Virus record (IMG/VR): IMGVR_UViG_3300003323_001187
DNA: 64,000 nt
Strand: one strand, 5' to 3'
Source of the DNA: a virus
Each line of letters opens with the position of its first letter. Within the stretch, counting starts at the first letter, position 1. The notes under the pieces are model-generated. The model ran no database searches. It was not told the origin of the DNA and was given only the letters and a program-made list of their open reading frames with translations. Below, piece by piece: positions 33,089 to 43,600 of the stretch. A program made the position numbers and the translations under genes.

Positions 33089-36000
33089 TGAACCAAGAAC
33101 ACCACGATAGAGACATCCGGACCAATAGTGATGGGGCAAATTATGACCTTTCTCAAGAGCTTTCAGGTGCAAAAAACAATGGAACATACTATGATAGCGA
33201 GAATGGTCGTGTAAGTTCAAATCGTGGTAATAAGGGCAATTGGGAAAAGATAAGAGGCGAGCAATCCTCGCACGGATCCTTTTTTCCAGGCAATTGGTAC
33301 AGCTTTCCTGCCATTTCTATAAATGACGACTTGTTTGAGATTTGGGTGGAAGAATCTGGAGCCGATTCCCCTTATTTCGTAATAAATGGTGAAGTGATGG
33401 CTAAATCACCAAACATGCCTTGGACGATTGATTTTCAAATGCAATTTGATACGAATCCATCGTGCATAGGTGGCGAAGTGTTTCTTGCTACAGAAAACAC
33501 AACACCAGCGATCTTCAACATACAGGACATAAAAGACAATTTTGCTGCAGGCACGGACAAGTATTTTTCAGCTTTCAATTATGGCCTTTATGCCATAAAC
33601 CTTTCTTCTCCCTTAGATATTCCCATATTTCAGGGTCTTGTATTAATAGGCGGCGGCGGCGGTCTTCCGGACGGCAGCTATCAATATTCGCTCCAATACG
33701 TGAATGAGGACGGAGATGCCACCAATCATGGTCAGCTCACTCCTCCAATACCGGTGGTGCAATCATTGTCTCCAGCGAGCGCTCAATATCCATATTCAAA
33801 AACGTACGGGGGCGCTCCAAATTTGTCGGCAGTCACTTCGTATGGAATTAAACTTCGTTTCAGAGTAACAAACATCAACAACTACGATTACGTACAAATT
33901 CGAAGGATAGCCTATAACACAGGCGGTGGGATTGATTTTGTTCCTGCAGGAACCATTGTGGCAAAGATACCGATATTGCCAGGGGAGATTTCGGTCAGGG
34001 ACTTTGTGGACCCGGTTGATTCAAATATTGATGGGATCGTTCTTGCAGACAATGAAGAGTCTTCAGAGCTCAGCGCAGTAGAAGCAGCCAAGGCTATTCG
34101 CTACTATAACAAAAGACTGGTGATCATGAACTATCGTGTGGCCAGCAAAGAATCAAACATAGTATTCAACACGTACAATAACAAGAAAATCCTTCCTGTC
34201 ATTAAGAACATGGGAAAGGCAGGTCACAAGGACCCGAAGAACCACACATACTACAGGAGTTATCCAAGTGGCGAAAAGTACTCTTTTGCTGTGACGTTGT
34301 TTGATGGTTCTGGAGGCCAAGGATTTTCGGTTGAAGATGACGATCTGAATAACGTTCAGGTTCCAAATAGGAGAGATCCTATGGATGCGGACAGTAAAAA
34401 CCTAAGCATAGGTTTACCTGTCACCGCAGCTACTGTAACTTCATCGGTTTCGGAGACATTTGAGGTCTTCAGCCATGAAAACGCCACCCAAAAAACGGAC
34501 AAGGATTCTTTCAAAAACATTCTTAATCGTGGGCTTCTTGGCTACAAGACACAGGGGAATGTCAACGAGTTTAGTCCGGACGCTGGGTACGGAACCTTTG
34601 TGCAATCTGAAGAGATTGGGTATAAACCGTATAGGCCAACAGATTCCAACGACACATCTGAGAGCCACAATTACGTTGTTAACCCTCAAGTAGAGGAGTC
34701 GATCACGAAAAGAAACTACTCTCCAAAAGGCTTTGGATGTGATTACATGGCAAAGGGATTTGCTATAGCTGGGATCTCAAACCTCCCAACTTGGGCAAAA
34801 AGTTTTTCAGTTGTCAGGTCCGATCGGGCAGGGAGAGTTGTATGCCAGGGGATAGGCATGTATTCCATGACGCCTGCGAACTTCAATTTTATAGGAAACT
34901 CAGGTCTCGGCGGGAAAGAAAGAAATAAGTTCTGGTTCCATTCGCCAGATATTGAAAGCGGTTTTGTCAACCAATCCGTAATAGACGACATTAATACGAA
35001 CCCACAGAACTATTCAATCCAGCTCGTTTCACCATTAGGCTTTTTTTCGGAGCTCTACAACTTTGAAAACAACCTCATAGGGAATGATCGAGATCGGATA
35101 GTCGACATGATGCTTTACGCCAGAACCATCCATGACGAGGGGCAGTTAAACCCTGGAGAAGACGGTTCAATGGGTATCGGATCCGGATCAAACAGATACG
35201 TTGCATACAATCGTTATAGGAATAGCCAGACTGCTGGCCAGGGGGCATTTTCTGTTCCGGAAGGTGGGAACAAGCAGTTTGCCATAAACTCCTTTAGTGT
35301 TAAGTCGGATGGTAGATCAACCTACTATGAACTTACGACTCAAGAGCAAATCTACAACGTATCGAATACCGGCGGTAACCTGCAGAGGGATTTCAACGAC
35401 GATGGCTTGAAAAACTGGACGGAGCCGATCTACATGATCAATATTGTTCAGAACGGAGCATTTGTCCCAGATCTAAACATAAACTCTTACCGGTCCACAG
35501 GTCACTATCAAAAAGTGGAATCGATTATTGGCCTCGGAACCGGTCTTCAGGATCAGTCTTTTGTTTTGGTTGATGAAAGATGGGAAGACTGCATCCCGGC
35601 GCTTAATCAGGGAGATTTCAATGACGATGGCGAAAGCTTCATTTATCTGAGAGATGATCAGAACAATGAACGTGTATTTTTGAATACAACGTATTATTCA
35701 TCAACTCAGGTTGCATCGATATTGAATGACATTTTTACAACAGGTTCATTTGTCACACCTGGGGGCGTGTCTGTTGTTGGGATATTCAATCATCATGTTG
35801 ATACGTTGGGACAAATTTTTGTTGACTTCAACTATTCTGGAACGATACCCGAAGACAATGAGAAGGTGATAGTCAAATATGATAGCAGCCGACCGATTTT
35901 GTTTTTTGGAGGAGACACAGTTGTGTCTGAAAACGTTTTTTCACCAATAGACAAAGAGGCAGACGCTAAAAGCGATCCAGACTCGACAAACTTCCCATGG

Positions 36001-37527
36001 GGGATTGGTCTGCCGTTTAGAAAGTTTGTGCTGAACCCAAGACACTATGTTGTTGAGGACACGAATGGCATTGACAACAGTATCCAGACCGTGAATAAGG
36101 CTTCGCTTGGGTACATAAGGCAGCTGAGTGTTATGTACTGCTGCGAAAGCGTGATCTCGTCTAATTTTGCATTTAACGGGCCTGTGCCTCTGCACTACTT
36201 CCCGGTTACGCATTACATAATGCGTCCGAACAGATTTAAGGACAGCAAATTTGGAACAAACGATCCGGCTCAGATTGCAGATGACAACAATATTTTTGCT
36301 GACTATTTTGATGATTATCCAGAAGAGTGGAGCTTCTGGAAGTATGGAGGGTTTCGATTCTCGATGCAGTTTAACATTGACTATTCAGCTATTAATCCGA
36401 AGTTGTTCTTCAGCAGGCCTAAAGTTGGGTTCAAGGAGCAGAATAAGTTCTGCACGGGAATTAAATGGAGTTTGCCTCGAGCCATAAATCAGCAGGATAG
36501 CCCTGGATTAAAGACATTCCCGGCTTCCAATACTTTTGTTGCCGATGATGATTTCGGATGCATCAAAAAAGCATGGAGCTGTAAGACAGATGAAAAGGGT
36601 GAAAACCTTTATGCGATATGTGACAAGGGCATCATTTTATTGCTCACAGAAAAGAGTGTCCTGTCAAATCTTACAGGTGATGATCTGACTGTCATATCCA
36701 CTGACAATTTCATTTCGTCTCAGTACAAAATTTCGAAAGTAGGGTCCAACGATGAGATGTGGCGGGGAATGGCGGAGGCGAGCATTAAAATGGAATCTGA
36801 AACTGGATCGGTTCAAAAAGAGGTTTTATTTTTCCCCAACTCCACCTCCATTTTCATGTTGATGGATAACTTTGTTTTCGATATCGCTCACAACAATTAT
36901 TTGGCCAGAGCCTCTTCGTCGCTGAAGGGTGTTCTGCCTGGATACCAAACACAGGTTACGGGACACTTTGATCCTAATCACAACGAATATTGGCTCCAGA
37001 TCCCTGATCAGTATTCTAAGGCAGAGGACAAGTGTTTTGTGTATGCATTTGACACCAGAAGATTCATAGGTAGATTTTCTTACGCCTTTGATAAATACGT
37101 GTACCACAAAGGAGATACTTACGGACTTAGAGACGGAGAGCTATACACCTTAGACAAAGGATTCTCAATAAATGGCAACCCGATAGATGCATGGATAATC
37201 CAGACATCATCTGTTGGGATTAACTCAGAGAAAGAGGCTATAAGCATTGAGATAAACACAAGTCTACGTGGTCAAATGAAGCCTACTGAAGTGGTGTTTA
37301 TGGATGAACAGCTTACTGAGCTTTCCAGGTTGAATCAGTCCTTGTTTGGGCCTCTTTACTTAAAGCAATACAATGGTTGGTGGAATCAAATACCAAGAAA
37401 AGAGTTTGCTGTTTCGGCTAATCGATATCGTGTTCAGTACAGATTGTTTTTGTACAAAATTCGTCATACTTTTGAAGAGGACTTTGTATTGGTGAGTTCT
37501 GTAATTCAATTCAAACAGATAAAATAA
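33088..37527 (+). CDS. large virion/tail structural protein (1479 aa)
   Basis: Single uninterrupted ORF; ATGA overlap with the previous gene. No enzymatic motif recognised. Confidence 0.7.
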   Translation: MNQEHHDRDIRTNSDGANYDLSQELSGAKNNGTYYDSENGRVSSNRGNKGNWEKIRGEQSSHGSFFPGNWYSFPAISINDDLFEIWVEESGADSPYFVINGEVMAKSPNMPWTIDFQMQFDTNPSCIGGEVFLATENTTPAIFNIQDIKDNFAAGTDKYFSAFNYGLYAINLSSPLDIPIFQGLVLIGGGGGLPDGSYQYSLQYVNEDGDATNHGQLTPPIPVVQSLSPASAQYPYSKTYGGAPNLSAVTSYGIKLRFRVTNINNYDYVQIRRIAYNTGGGIDFVPAGTIVAKIPILPGEISVRDFVDPVDSNIDGIVLADNEESSELSAVEAAKAIRYYNKRLVIMNYRVASKESNIVFNTYNNKKILPVIKNMGKAGHKDPKNHTYYRSYPSGEKYSFAVTLFDGSGGQGFSVEDDDLNNVQVPNRRDPMDADSKNLSIGLPVTAATVTSSVSETFEVFSHENATQKTDKDSFKNILNRGLLGYKTQGNVNEFSPDAGYGTFVQSEEIGYKPYRPTDSNDTSESHNYVVNPQVEESITKRNYSPKGFGCDYMAKGFAIAGISNLPTWAKSFSVVRSDRAGRVVCQGIGMYSMTPANFNFIGNSGLGGKERNKFWFHSPDIESGFVNQSVIDDINTNPQNYSIQLVSPLGFFSELYNFENNLIGNDRDRIVDMMLYARTIHDEGQLNPGEDGSMGIGSGSNRYVAYNRYRNSQTAGQGAFSVPEGGNKQFAINSFSVKSDGRSTYYELTTQEQIYNVSNTGGNLQRDFNDDGLKNWTEPIYMINIVQNGAFVPDLNINSYRSTGHYQKVESIIGLGTGLQDQSFVLVDERWEDCIPALNQGDFNDDGESFIYLRDDQNNERVFLNTTYYSSTQVASILNDIFTTGSFVTPGGVSVVGIFNHHVDTLGQIFVDFNYSGTIPEDNEKVIVKYDSSRPILFFGGDTVVSENVFSPIDKEADAKSDPDSTNFPWGIGLPFRKFVLNPRHYVVEDTNGIDNSIQTVNKASLGYIRQLSVMYCCESVISSNFAFNGPVPLHYFPVTHYIMRPNRFKDSKFGTNDPAQIADDNNIFADYFDDYPEEWSFWKYGGFRFSMQFNIDYSAINPKLFFSRPKVGFKEQNKFCTGIKWSLPRAINQQDSPGLKTFPASNTFVADDDFGCIKKAWSCKTDEKGENLYAICDKGIILLLTEKSVLSNLTGDDLTVISTDNFISSQYKISKVGSNDEMWRGMAEASIKMESETGSVQKEVLFFPNSTSIFMLMDNFVFDIAHNNYLARASSSLKGVLPGYQTQVTGHFDPNHNEYWLQIPDQYSKAEDKCFVYAFDTRRFIGRFSYAFDKYVYHKGDTYGLRDGELYTLDKGFSINGNPIDAWIIQTSSVGINSEKEAISIEINTSLRGQMKPTEVVFMDEQLTELSRLNQSLFGPLYLKQYNGWWNQIPRKEFAVSANRYRVQYRLFLYKIRHTFEEDFVLVSSVIQFKQIK

Positions 37528-37532
37528 ACGTC

Positions 37533-38366
37533 ATGGCAAACGGGGTAGCACAAGCAGGATTGATGGGGCTTCTTAGCGGGGCTGGACAAGGTGCGCAATT
37601 AGGATCCATAATACCTGGAGTTGGCACTGCAGTTGGTGCTGCTGGCGGAGCTATACTTGGAGGACTTGGAGCAGCATTAGGTCAAAACAGGGCTTCAAAG
37701 TCCCAGGATATTCCGTATGTTGACCCGATGGACGTAAAAAGAAGGGCAGAGCTTGAGCAGGTACGAAAATCGTTGTCTGTCGGTACTGATCCTGCAACTC
37801 AATTAGGCATTCAAACGGCTCAATCCATTGCCAGGGGTGCGCAGAATCCTATTGTGAGGTCTACTGGAGGAGACGTTTCGGCTACAATGCAAGGACTGCT
37901 CGGGACTCAAAAAAATGCTCAGTCAGGTGCCAATCAAGCGATCGCTGAAGGTCAACAAAGGATTCCTTATTTTGACAACGCATATGGAACCATGGTCGAT
38001 GCAATCGGTCAAAGAAGGTTAGAACTTGCTCTCTTAAACAGAGCTCAAAGAACTGCAGAGAGCGCTCAAGCAAGAACAGACAACAATGTTTCAGCCAATG
38101 CGCTCCTTGCTACTCAAGGAGGCACGCAAACGATCCCTGAAGCGTTTCAGTCCATCAATTGGAACTTGCCAAATTTTCAGGGCCTATTTCGAAGAGACAA
38201 CCCTGTTCAGTTCATACCTACCAGTCCTTCTCAGCCAGACATGAGTGCAACCATGGACCCCACCCAAGGAAATCAGGTTCCGATCATACCAAATTCAATA
38301 TTCAACCCAATGACTGTAAATGGTATTGCCGGACCTGTATCTTTGCCGTTTAATATTCAGCAGTAA
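37533..38366 (+). CDS. Gly/Ala-rich virion protein
   Basis: 277 aa; N-terminal 55 aa are Gly/Ala/Leu-rich (AGQGAQLGSIIPGVGTAVGAAGGAILGGLGAALG). Confidence 0.6.
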   Translation: MANGVAQAGLMGLLSGAGQGAQLGSIIPGVGTAVGAAGGAILGGLGAALGQNRASKSQDIPYVDPMDVKRRAELEQVRKSLSVGTDPATQLGIQTAQSIARGAQNPIVRSTGGDVSATMQGLLGTQKNAQSGANQAIAEGQQRIPYFDNAYGTMVDAIGQRRLELALLNRAQRTAESAQARTDNNVSANALLATQGGTQTIPEAFQSINWNLPNFQGLFRRDNPVQFIPTSPSQPDMSATMDPTQGNQVPIIPNSIFNPMTVNGIAGPVSLPFNIQQ

Positions 38367-40201
38367 TGGCAGACATGGATTTCCAACAACAGTTCCCAAA
38401 CAATCCCAGCTTAATGTCTGAGATTGATTCTGCAGCGCTTTCTCAAACAATCCCTCAAGGGTATGTTCAATCAGCACCAGATCCATATTCACAGCAGGTT
38501 GTTGATGCTTACAATGCTCAGTTTGAGCCAAAGCAAACCGGAATGCTTGGACATAATGCCTTGTATCCAGGCGCTGGTCACAATATAAATGTTGGCACAT
38601 ACTCTGGAAGCAGGATCGGTGCTAATCCCATTTTTGTTCCTGGCGGGAATATCATGGCAATTGATCCCATTCTTGAAAGAAGAAAAGCGCTTGATGATGC
38701 TGCCAGACTCAAAGCTTCATCGATAAAGCCTTTTACTTATCAAAAGCCATACCAGTTAAAGGACGCTCGATTCCAGCAGAGCTTATCTGACCAGACAGAG
38801 GCTTTTGCAACAAAAATGATTCGTGATGCCCAAGCCAAATATGGAAAGGATTTTGGCGTTGTTCTTAGTGATCAATCCACACCGGAAGGACGTCAATTTG
38901 TTCAAGGGATGGCCAATTTTGAGACATTGGGGAAAAACTTTGATCAGATAACGGACTTGATGGCCGGTATTGAACAGGGATTAAAGGATAAAACTGAGGT
39001 GTATTCTCCCGAAACGCTAAAGCAGTACCAGGACTTCAAGACGCTTGTAGGTAAATTTGCTAATGGTGACGTAGATAATTCTGTAGATCTAGCATCTCAA
39101 TACGACAGGCTTAAGGGGATGAGATCGTTTGAAAACTACATACAAAGCGATGGGTTTCTCAAGGACTTCCAAGGCAAAATCGACCAGAATTTCTATGTGA
39201 ATGAGGCCGGTGACTATTTCCGTACCGGTACAACCAAAAAAGTCAGTTATGATGATGCTATAAATGAGGTTGCAGATTCATTGGCTCAATATGATTTTGC
39301 TCCAGAAATACAGGCCGGGCTTTACTCCAAGGAGTACTTGAAAAAGGCTATCCGAGCTCGATTAAAGAATCAGAAAATATCCGAGGGGAGTATTCAGCAA
39401 AAAACTGAAACTACACGTGGATCAGAACAGGTTGAGGAGATTCCAGATCCAAACACTTCAATCAATTTTTATCAGAAGGACAAACCTGGTGCTGCAGATG
39501 TTTACACATATGACAAAAACGGCAATAGGTCTGGAGTTCTCAATTTGGGCATCCTTTCAGAGGCACAAATGCGTATTGTTGGTTCTAAGAAACAGATATA
39601 CGAGCGTATGCCTGATGGACAATTGAAAAAAACCGACTTCAATGGTATTCCTTTGTCAAACATTCAAGTAGTAACAGGTAAAGGTAAAACAGAGGAAGTG
39701 CCTGGAAATGTTTATGTGGAATTAGGTGAATTAGCCAAGCTGGATGACGGAACCGTTGTTCAAAAGGCCAGATATACTCGTCCTACAACCGGATTTCAGG
39801 TAGATAAGGATAAGAGTTTCACTGATCCAAAAACTGGAAAAAAGTTAGAGGTAGGTCAAAATTTTGACTCTTATACTTTTGAGGACGGATACATTGTTCT
39901 TGAGAAAGGAGGTCAGCCTACTGGTGCAAAGACCGAGATCAAGCAAAAGATCCAGAGCAAGGAGTCAAGAGAAAGATACGATCAGGCTTTCGACAAGGTC
40001 AAGCAATGGAACGGAGAGGCTTCGAAACAGAATAGCAACACCGACTGGAGCCAGTATTACCCGAAAGGACAAACGACTCAGCAATCATCGGGCTCTGGAT
40101 CTGACAGAAAATATCAATATCAAGGCGACTCGTGGTCCTATGATGAGCTCAAAGGAGCCGGTTGGACCGATGAACAGATAAAGTCCTTGCAAACTTATTA
40201 A
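38366..40201 (+). CDS. virion structural protein (hypothetical)
   Basis: 611-aa ORF; ATGA overlap with the previous gene. Confidence 0.65.
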   Translation: MADMDFQQQFPNNPSLMSEIDSAALSQTIPQGYVQSAPDPYSQQVVDAYNAQFEPKQTGMLGHNALYPGAGHNINVGTYSGSRIGANPIFVPGGNIMAIDPILERRKALDDAARLKASSIKPFTYQKPYQLKDARFQQSLSDQTEAFATKMIRDAQAKYGKDFGVVLSDQSTPEGRQFVQGMANFETLGKNFDQITDLMAGIEQGLKDKTEVYSPETLKQYQDFKTLVGKFANGDVDNSVDLASQYDRLKGMRSFENYIQSDGFLKDFQGKIDQNFYVNEAGDYFRTGTTKKVSYDDAINEVADSLAQYDFAPEIQAGLYSKEYLKKAIRARLKNQKISEGSIQQKTETTRGSEQVEEIPDPNTSINFYQKDKPGAADVYTYDKNGNRSGVLNLGILSEAQMRIVGSKKQIYERMPDGQLKKTDFNGIPLSNIQVVTGKGKTEEVPGNVYVELGELAKLDDGTVVQKARYTRPTTGFQVDKDKSFTDPKTGKKLEVGQNFDSYTFEDGYIVLEKGGQPTGAKTEIKQKIQSKESRERYDQAFDKVKQWNGEASKQNSNTDWSQYYPKGQTTQQSSGSGSDRKYQYQGDSWSYDELKGAGWTDEQIKSLQTY

Positions 40202-40204
40202 TAG

Positions 40205-40630
40205 TTAGTTTTTGTTTTGAATGGAATCTAAAATTTTAATGGCATTTATTACAATGTCTTTATTATTTTGATATTTATTTCTATGTGATCCATGTACCAT
40301 ATCTAGCACCATCATTATTTCTAAAAAACCAACAGAGTACTGAATATGAGAATCATCATAAGCGCCCATCCATTGATATGTAGATGTTTTTGTTTCAGTA
40401 AAACCTTCGTAGTGAAAAACTAAGGCTTCAGATTCGAAATCTTTCATTGGTTTTCGTGGATTATATATAGGGTACCCTAGATCGATTAATCTACAATAAA
40501 CCTTGAACCTTTCTTTTGCTGTAGTTTCGCTTATTTTCATTCCCGTTTGTGGTTTGAAGCAAAATTTAAAATCTCCGTATTGTTTTACGTTACAATTTTT
40601 CATTTTTTTTTGTACGTGTTTTAGATTCAT
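40205..40630 (-). CDS. antisense AT-rich moron, unknown function
   Basis: 141-aa ORF; the only minus-strand gene in the 35-kb plus-strand block. Visibly more AT-rich than its flanks. Confidence 0.6.
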   Translation of the reverse strand: MNLKHVQKKMKNCNVKQYGDFKFCFKPQTGMKISETTAKERFKVYCRLIDLGYPIYNPRKPMKDFESEALVFHYEGFTETKTSTYQWMGAYDDSHIQYSVGFLEIMMVLDMVHGSHRNKYQNNKDIVINAIKILDSIQNKN

Positions 40631-40648
40631 AGGTTACGTATTTTGAAT

Positions 40649-40656
40649 TATTTTTG
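40649..40656 (+). promoter_or_regulatory. candidate -7 box TATTTTTG upstream of the 2504-aa gene
   Basis: Matches TAnnTTTG, 17 nt before the ATG at 40674. Confidence 0.35.
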
Positions 40657-40673
40657 TTTAAAATGTTTTTGAT

Positions 40674-43600
40674 ATGCCAGGAGAAGACAATGGTAAAAGA
40701 AGGGTTCCGCCGCCACCGCCATCGGCAGCTGTTACTTCCGTTGGAACGGAGAGAAGGGTTCCGCCTCCCCCACCTTCGAGTGATGTAAAAAAAAAAGACC
40801 TTTCATCACAAGGCTCTTCTACTGGCTTGCCTCCCTCTCAGAATACTGGTCAGGCAGACCAAGGTTCAGGGACTTCGGTTAAGATATATCATTACAAAGA
40901 AAAACCGGAGAATGAATATGCCATCATTAACAATCAATGGCAAAGACGTAAAAAAGGGACAACTCAATGGGAGGTTATACATTCGCCAAGTGCTGTAAGT
41001 GCCCTGAATGCTCGCCATAAAAAATCGGTACCTGTGCCTGCAAGTCAAGCCCAATTGAATATGCAGCAGGGGCTTGACTTGCTTCAAAATTCTGGAAAAG
41101 GCATTGGTACTGAAGAGGTGCAGCCATTGAGCGGCAGGGGAGAGTACGTCTCTGGCGAATACGTTCCTTCCGTTCAAAGCATACTTTCTCCAGGAAAAAA
41201 TCAGCCGTATGTGTCTCAAATGGACATACAAAACGCAACTGATTTTGCTCAAAATAGAAAGTCTGACCTTCAAGCTGCAAAAGAACAGGAACTTCAGTAC
41301 GCTCAAACACCTGAACAGGTTGCCCAGGTCGAACAGAGGTATTCCAGTTTGATCAGTGATCAGGATAGAAGGATTGAAACGGCTCAGCTGGTACCAGATA
41401 CCAACAAGGATATTTTGAGAGCCGCTCCGGCACCCCCGCAGCCCGGGAAACTCTCTATTAAAAAGAATCCGGATCCTTATGTACCAAAACCCAGAACTGT
41501 TGAAGATCTTGCAAGCAGCAACATCATAGAATCGCAACCTTCTGAAACTTTTGATCCAAAAGCCATGGATGGTCCTGGAGTTGTAAATGGCCCGTGGTTC
41601 ACGTTTGGTGCTGGAACTGATGCACCATCCATGCCTAACGAAATTGTGAACCCGTGGGACGATCCCAAGTCGCGAGATCAAATAAATCAGTATGCTGAAT
41701 TTTCGGGTCGAGATCTTGACGAGTGGAGAAAGGTGTATGGCGGTGGATTGAGTGATGAGCAATTTGACGAACTGAAGAAGATTCAGTTCGACATGAGAAA
41801 CGTTGCCTACGATCTGAAAATGCCAGAGACAGAAAGAGCTCAAAAGCTGCAGCAAATGCACTCTCAGATAGAGGACTTCCTTGATCAGTCGAAATACATA
41901 AATCAAAAGTATTATCGAGCAAATATCGAAGGCAAAAGTCTTGAGGACGTTTTGTATGAAGACAAAAAAGAGAAGGGTGGAAAGCTCATAGACGACTCCA
42001 ACAAGTTCTTGTATGAGCTGGTCGGATCCGAATCTGCGGAGGTGGAGAAAGAGGTCTTTGATGCCGAAAACAACATGCGTGACTTCTTGGATGATTATTA
42101 TGGCGTTGGCCAGGGGACATTCAGGAAAGACCCTGAAACAGGAAATCTTGTTCTTGAAGGATTCAAAAGCAAAGAAGACGAGGAGTACTTCAACAAGAAG
42201 TACAATGAACTTTACGGGGCCATAAAAACAGCCAAGGGAAAGCGATTCGAAGCAATCAACAATACCCTCGTAGATCTTTATGGCAAGAAAAAAAGATTCG
42301 AAACGCTTCTCAAGAATGCTGATGAAGGAGATGCAGCTTACATTGCCGATCAGCTCAAGGGCATAAATGACAATATCAAGGACCTTAATAACACCAAACG
42401 CGGTGTTCTTCTTACCGAACCAAAGGAGTTGGTAAAGGAGATCACTCCATATGCCACAGACTCATTCAGAGCCTCTTTTTCTGGTCTTCCTAAAAACTTG
42501 ACGCCAAAACAGAAGTTTGATATTGCTTATTCTCAGCTTTATGATCGCACAATGGAGCTCAAGCAAAAAAACGGCATAGCTGAGGATATTCCAGATGAGA
42601 TAGGCGAGTCTTTAAGAGACTGGTTGGATTGGGAGTCTCTTTCCGTTAACTTATCCCCTGAAGAAAAGGAATTTTACTCAAACATGAAAATCCTTTCGTC
42701 GTTGCGGCCATTATACACCAACAACGACATAGGTATTATGGATGAAAACCAGGGATTCTGGGAATCATTCATAGGTGCGGCAACGAAATCTCTATTCGAC
42801 GAAACTGCTGTGAGCTCAATTTCTGAAAGAGAGAAAGCAGCGATCCAAAGGCAGTATCTACCCAAAATGGGGGTTTCGGAGGGCGATCTTACCGATCCAA
42901 AGACGATACAGAAACTGGAGGAACTGGGCAAGGAACCTGATCTTGCCAGCCTTGAGTTTGCTGGCAATACCGTAGGCGTTACGGCCCCATTGATTGCCGA
43001 TCTCCTTATTTCAAAAAAGATATCGTCGAGTGCTTTGTCATTGCTATCCAAAGAAAGTTCCATTGCTTCAGCGGTAAGAACCTATGACAAGACGATTAAT
43101 TCAACAAGACTCGGGAGATATTTGAAAGAGCCGCTTGAGGACGCTGCGAATGCTGAAATAGCCGGGCATTTGTTTGGTCAAGAAGAAGAACTTAACTTCG
43201 AGTCATTCTTGCTGGGTGGAGTTGGTTCCAAGCTTATAGGATCCACAATCAAAAAAATGGGCGGGGAAAAGGCTTTACAGTATGTAGCATCGGTATTTGG
43301 TGACAATGCTGATAGAGCAGCGAAGACTTTTGAAAAAATTGGCAAGTCATTATCTCGAGGTACAGCAGAAGTAGGAGAAGAGTCCATACAGGAGCTGACC
43401 CAGATCTATAATGATGAACTGCGTGATCGAGGATTCTGGGATGAAGTTCAGAACAGGTTTGGGAATATGGATGACATCTCAAAGTTTGTAGTTTCTTCTT
43501 TTGTCATGGGATCTGCCTTTGGCATGGTTGAAAGCAATACCGCCAAGCAAGAGTATGAAAAAATGCCAGAAGAAAAGCGGGCCATTGTTGATGCAATCGT

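Noticed and set aside
40866-41906. 346-aa ORF (plus several shorter ones) antisense to the 2504-aa gene.
   Set aside because: Shadow of a long ORF. Biased Leu/Phe/Arg/Ser content, and no start context or neighbouring signals.
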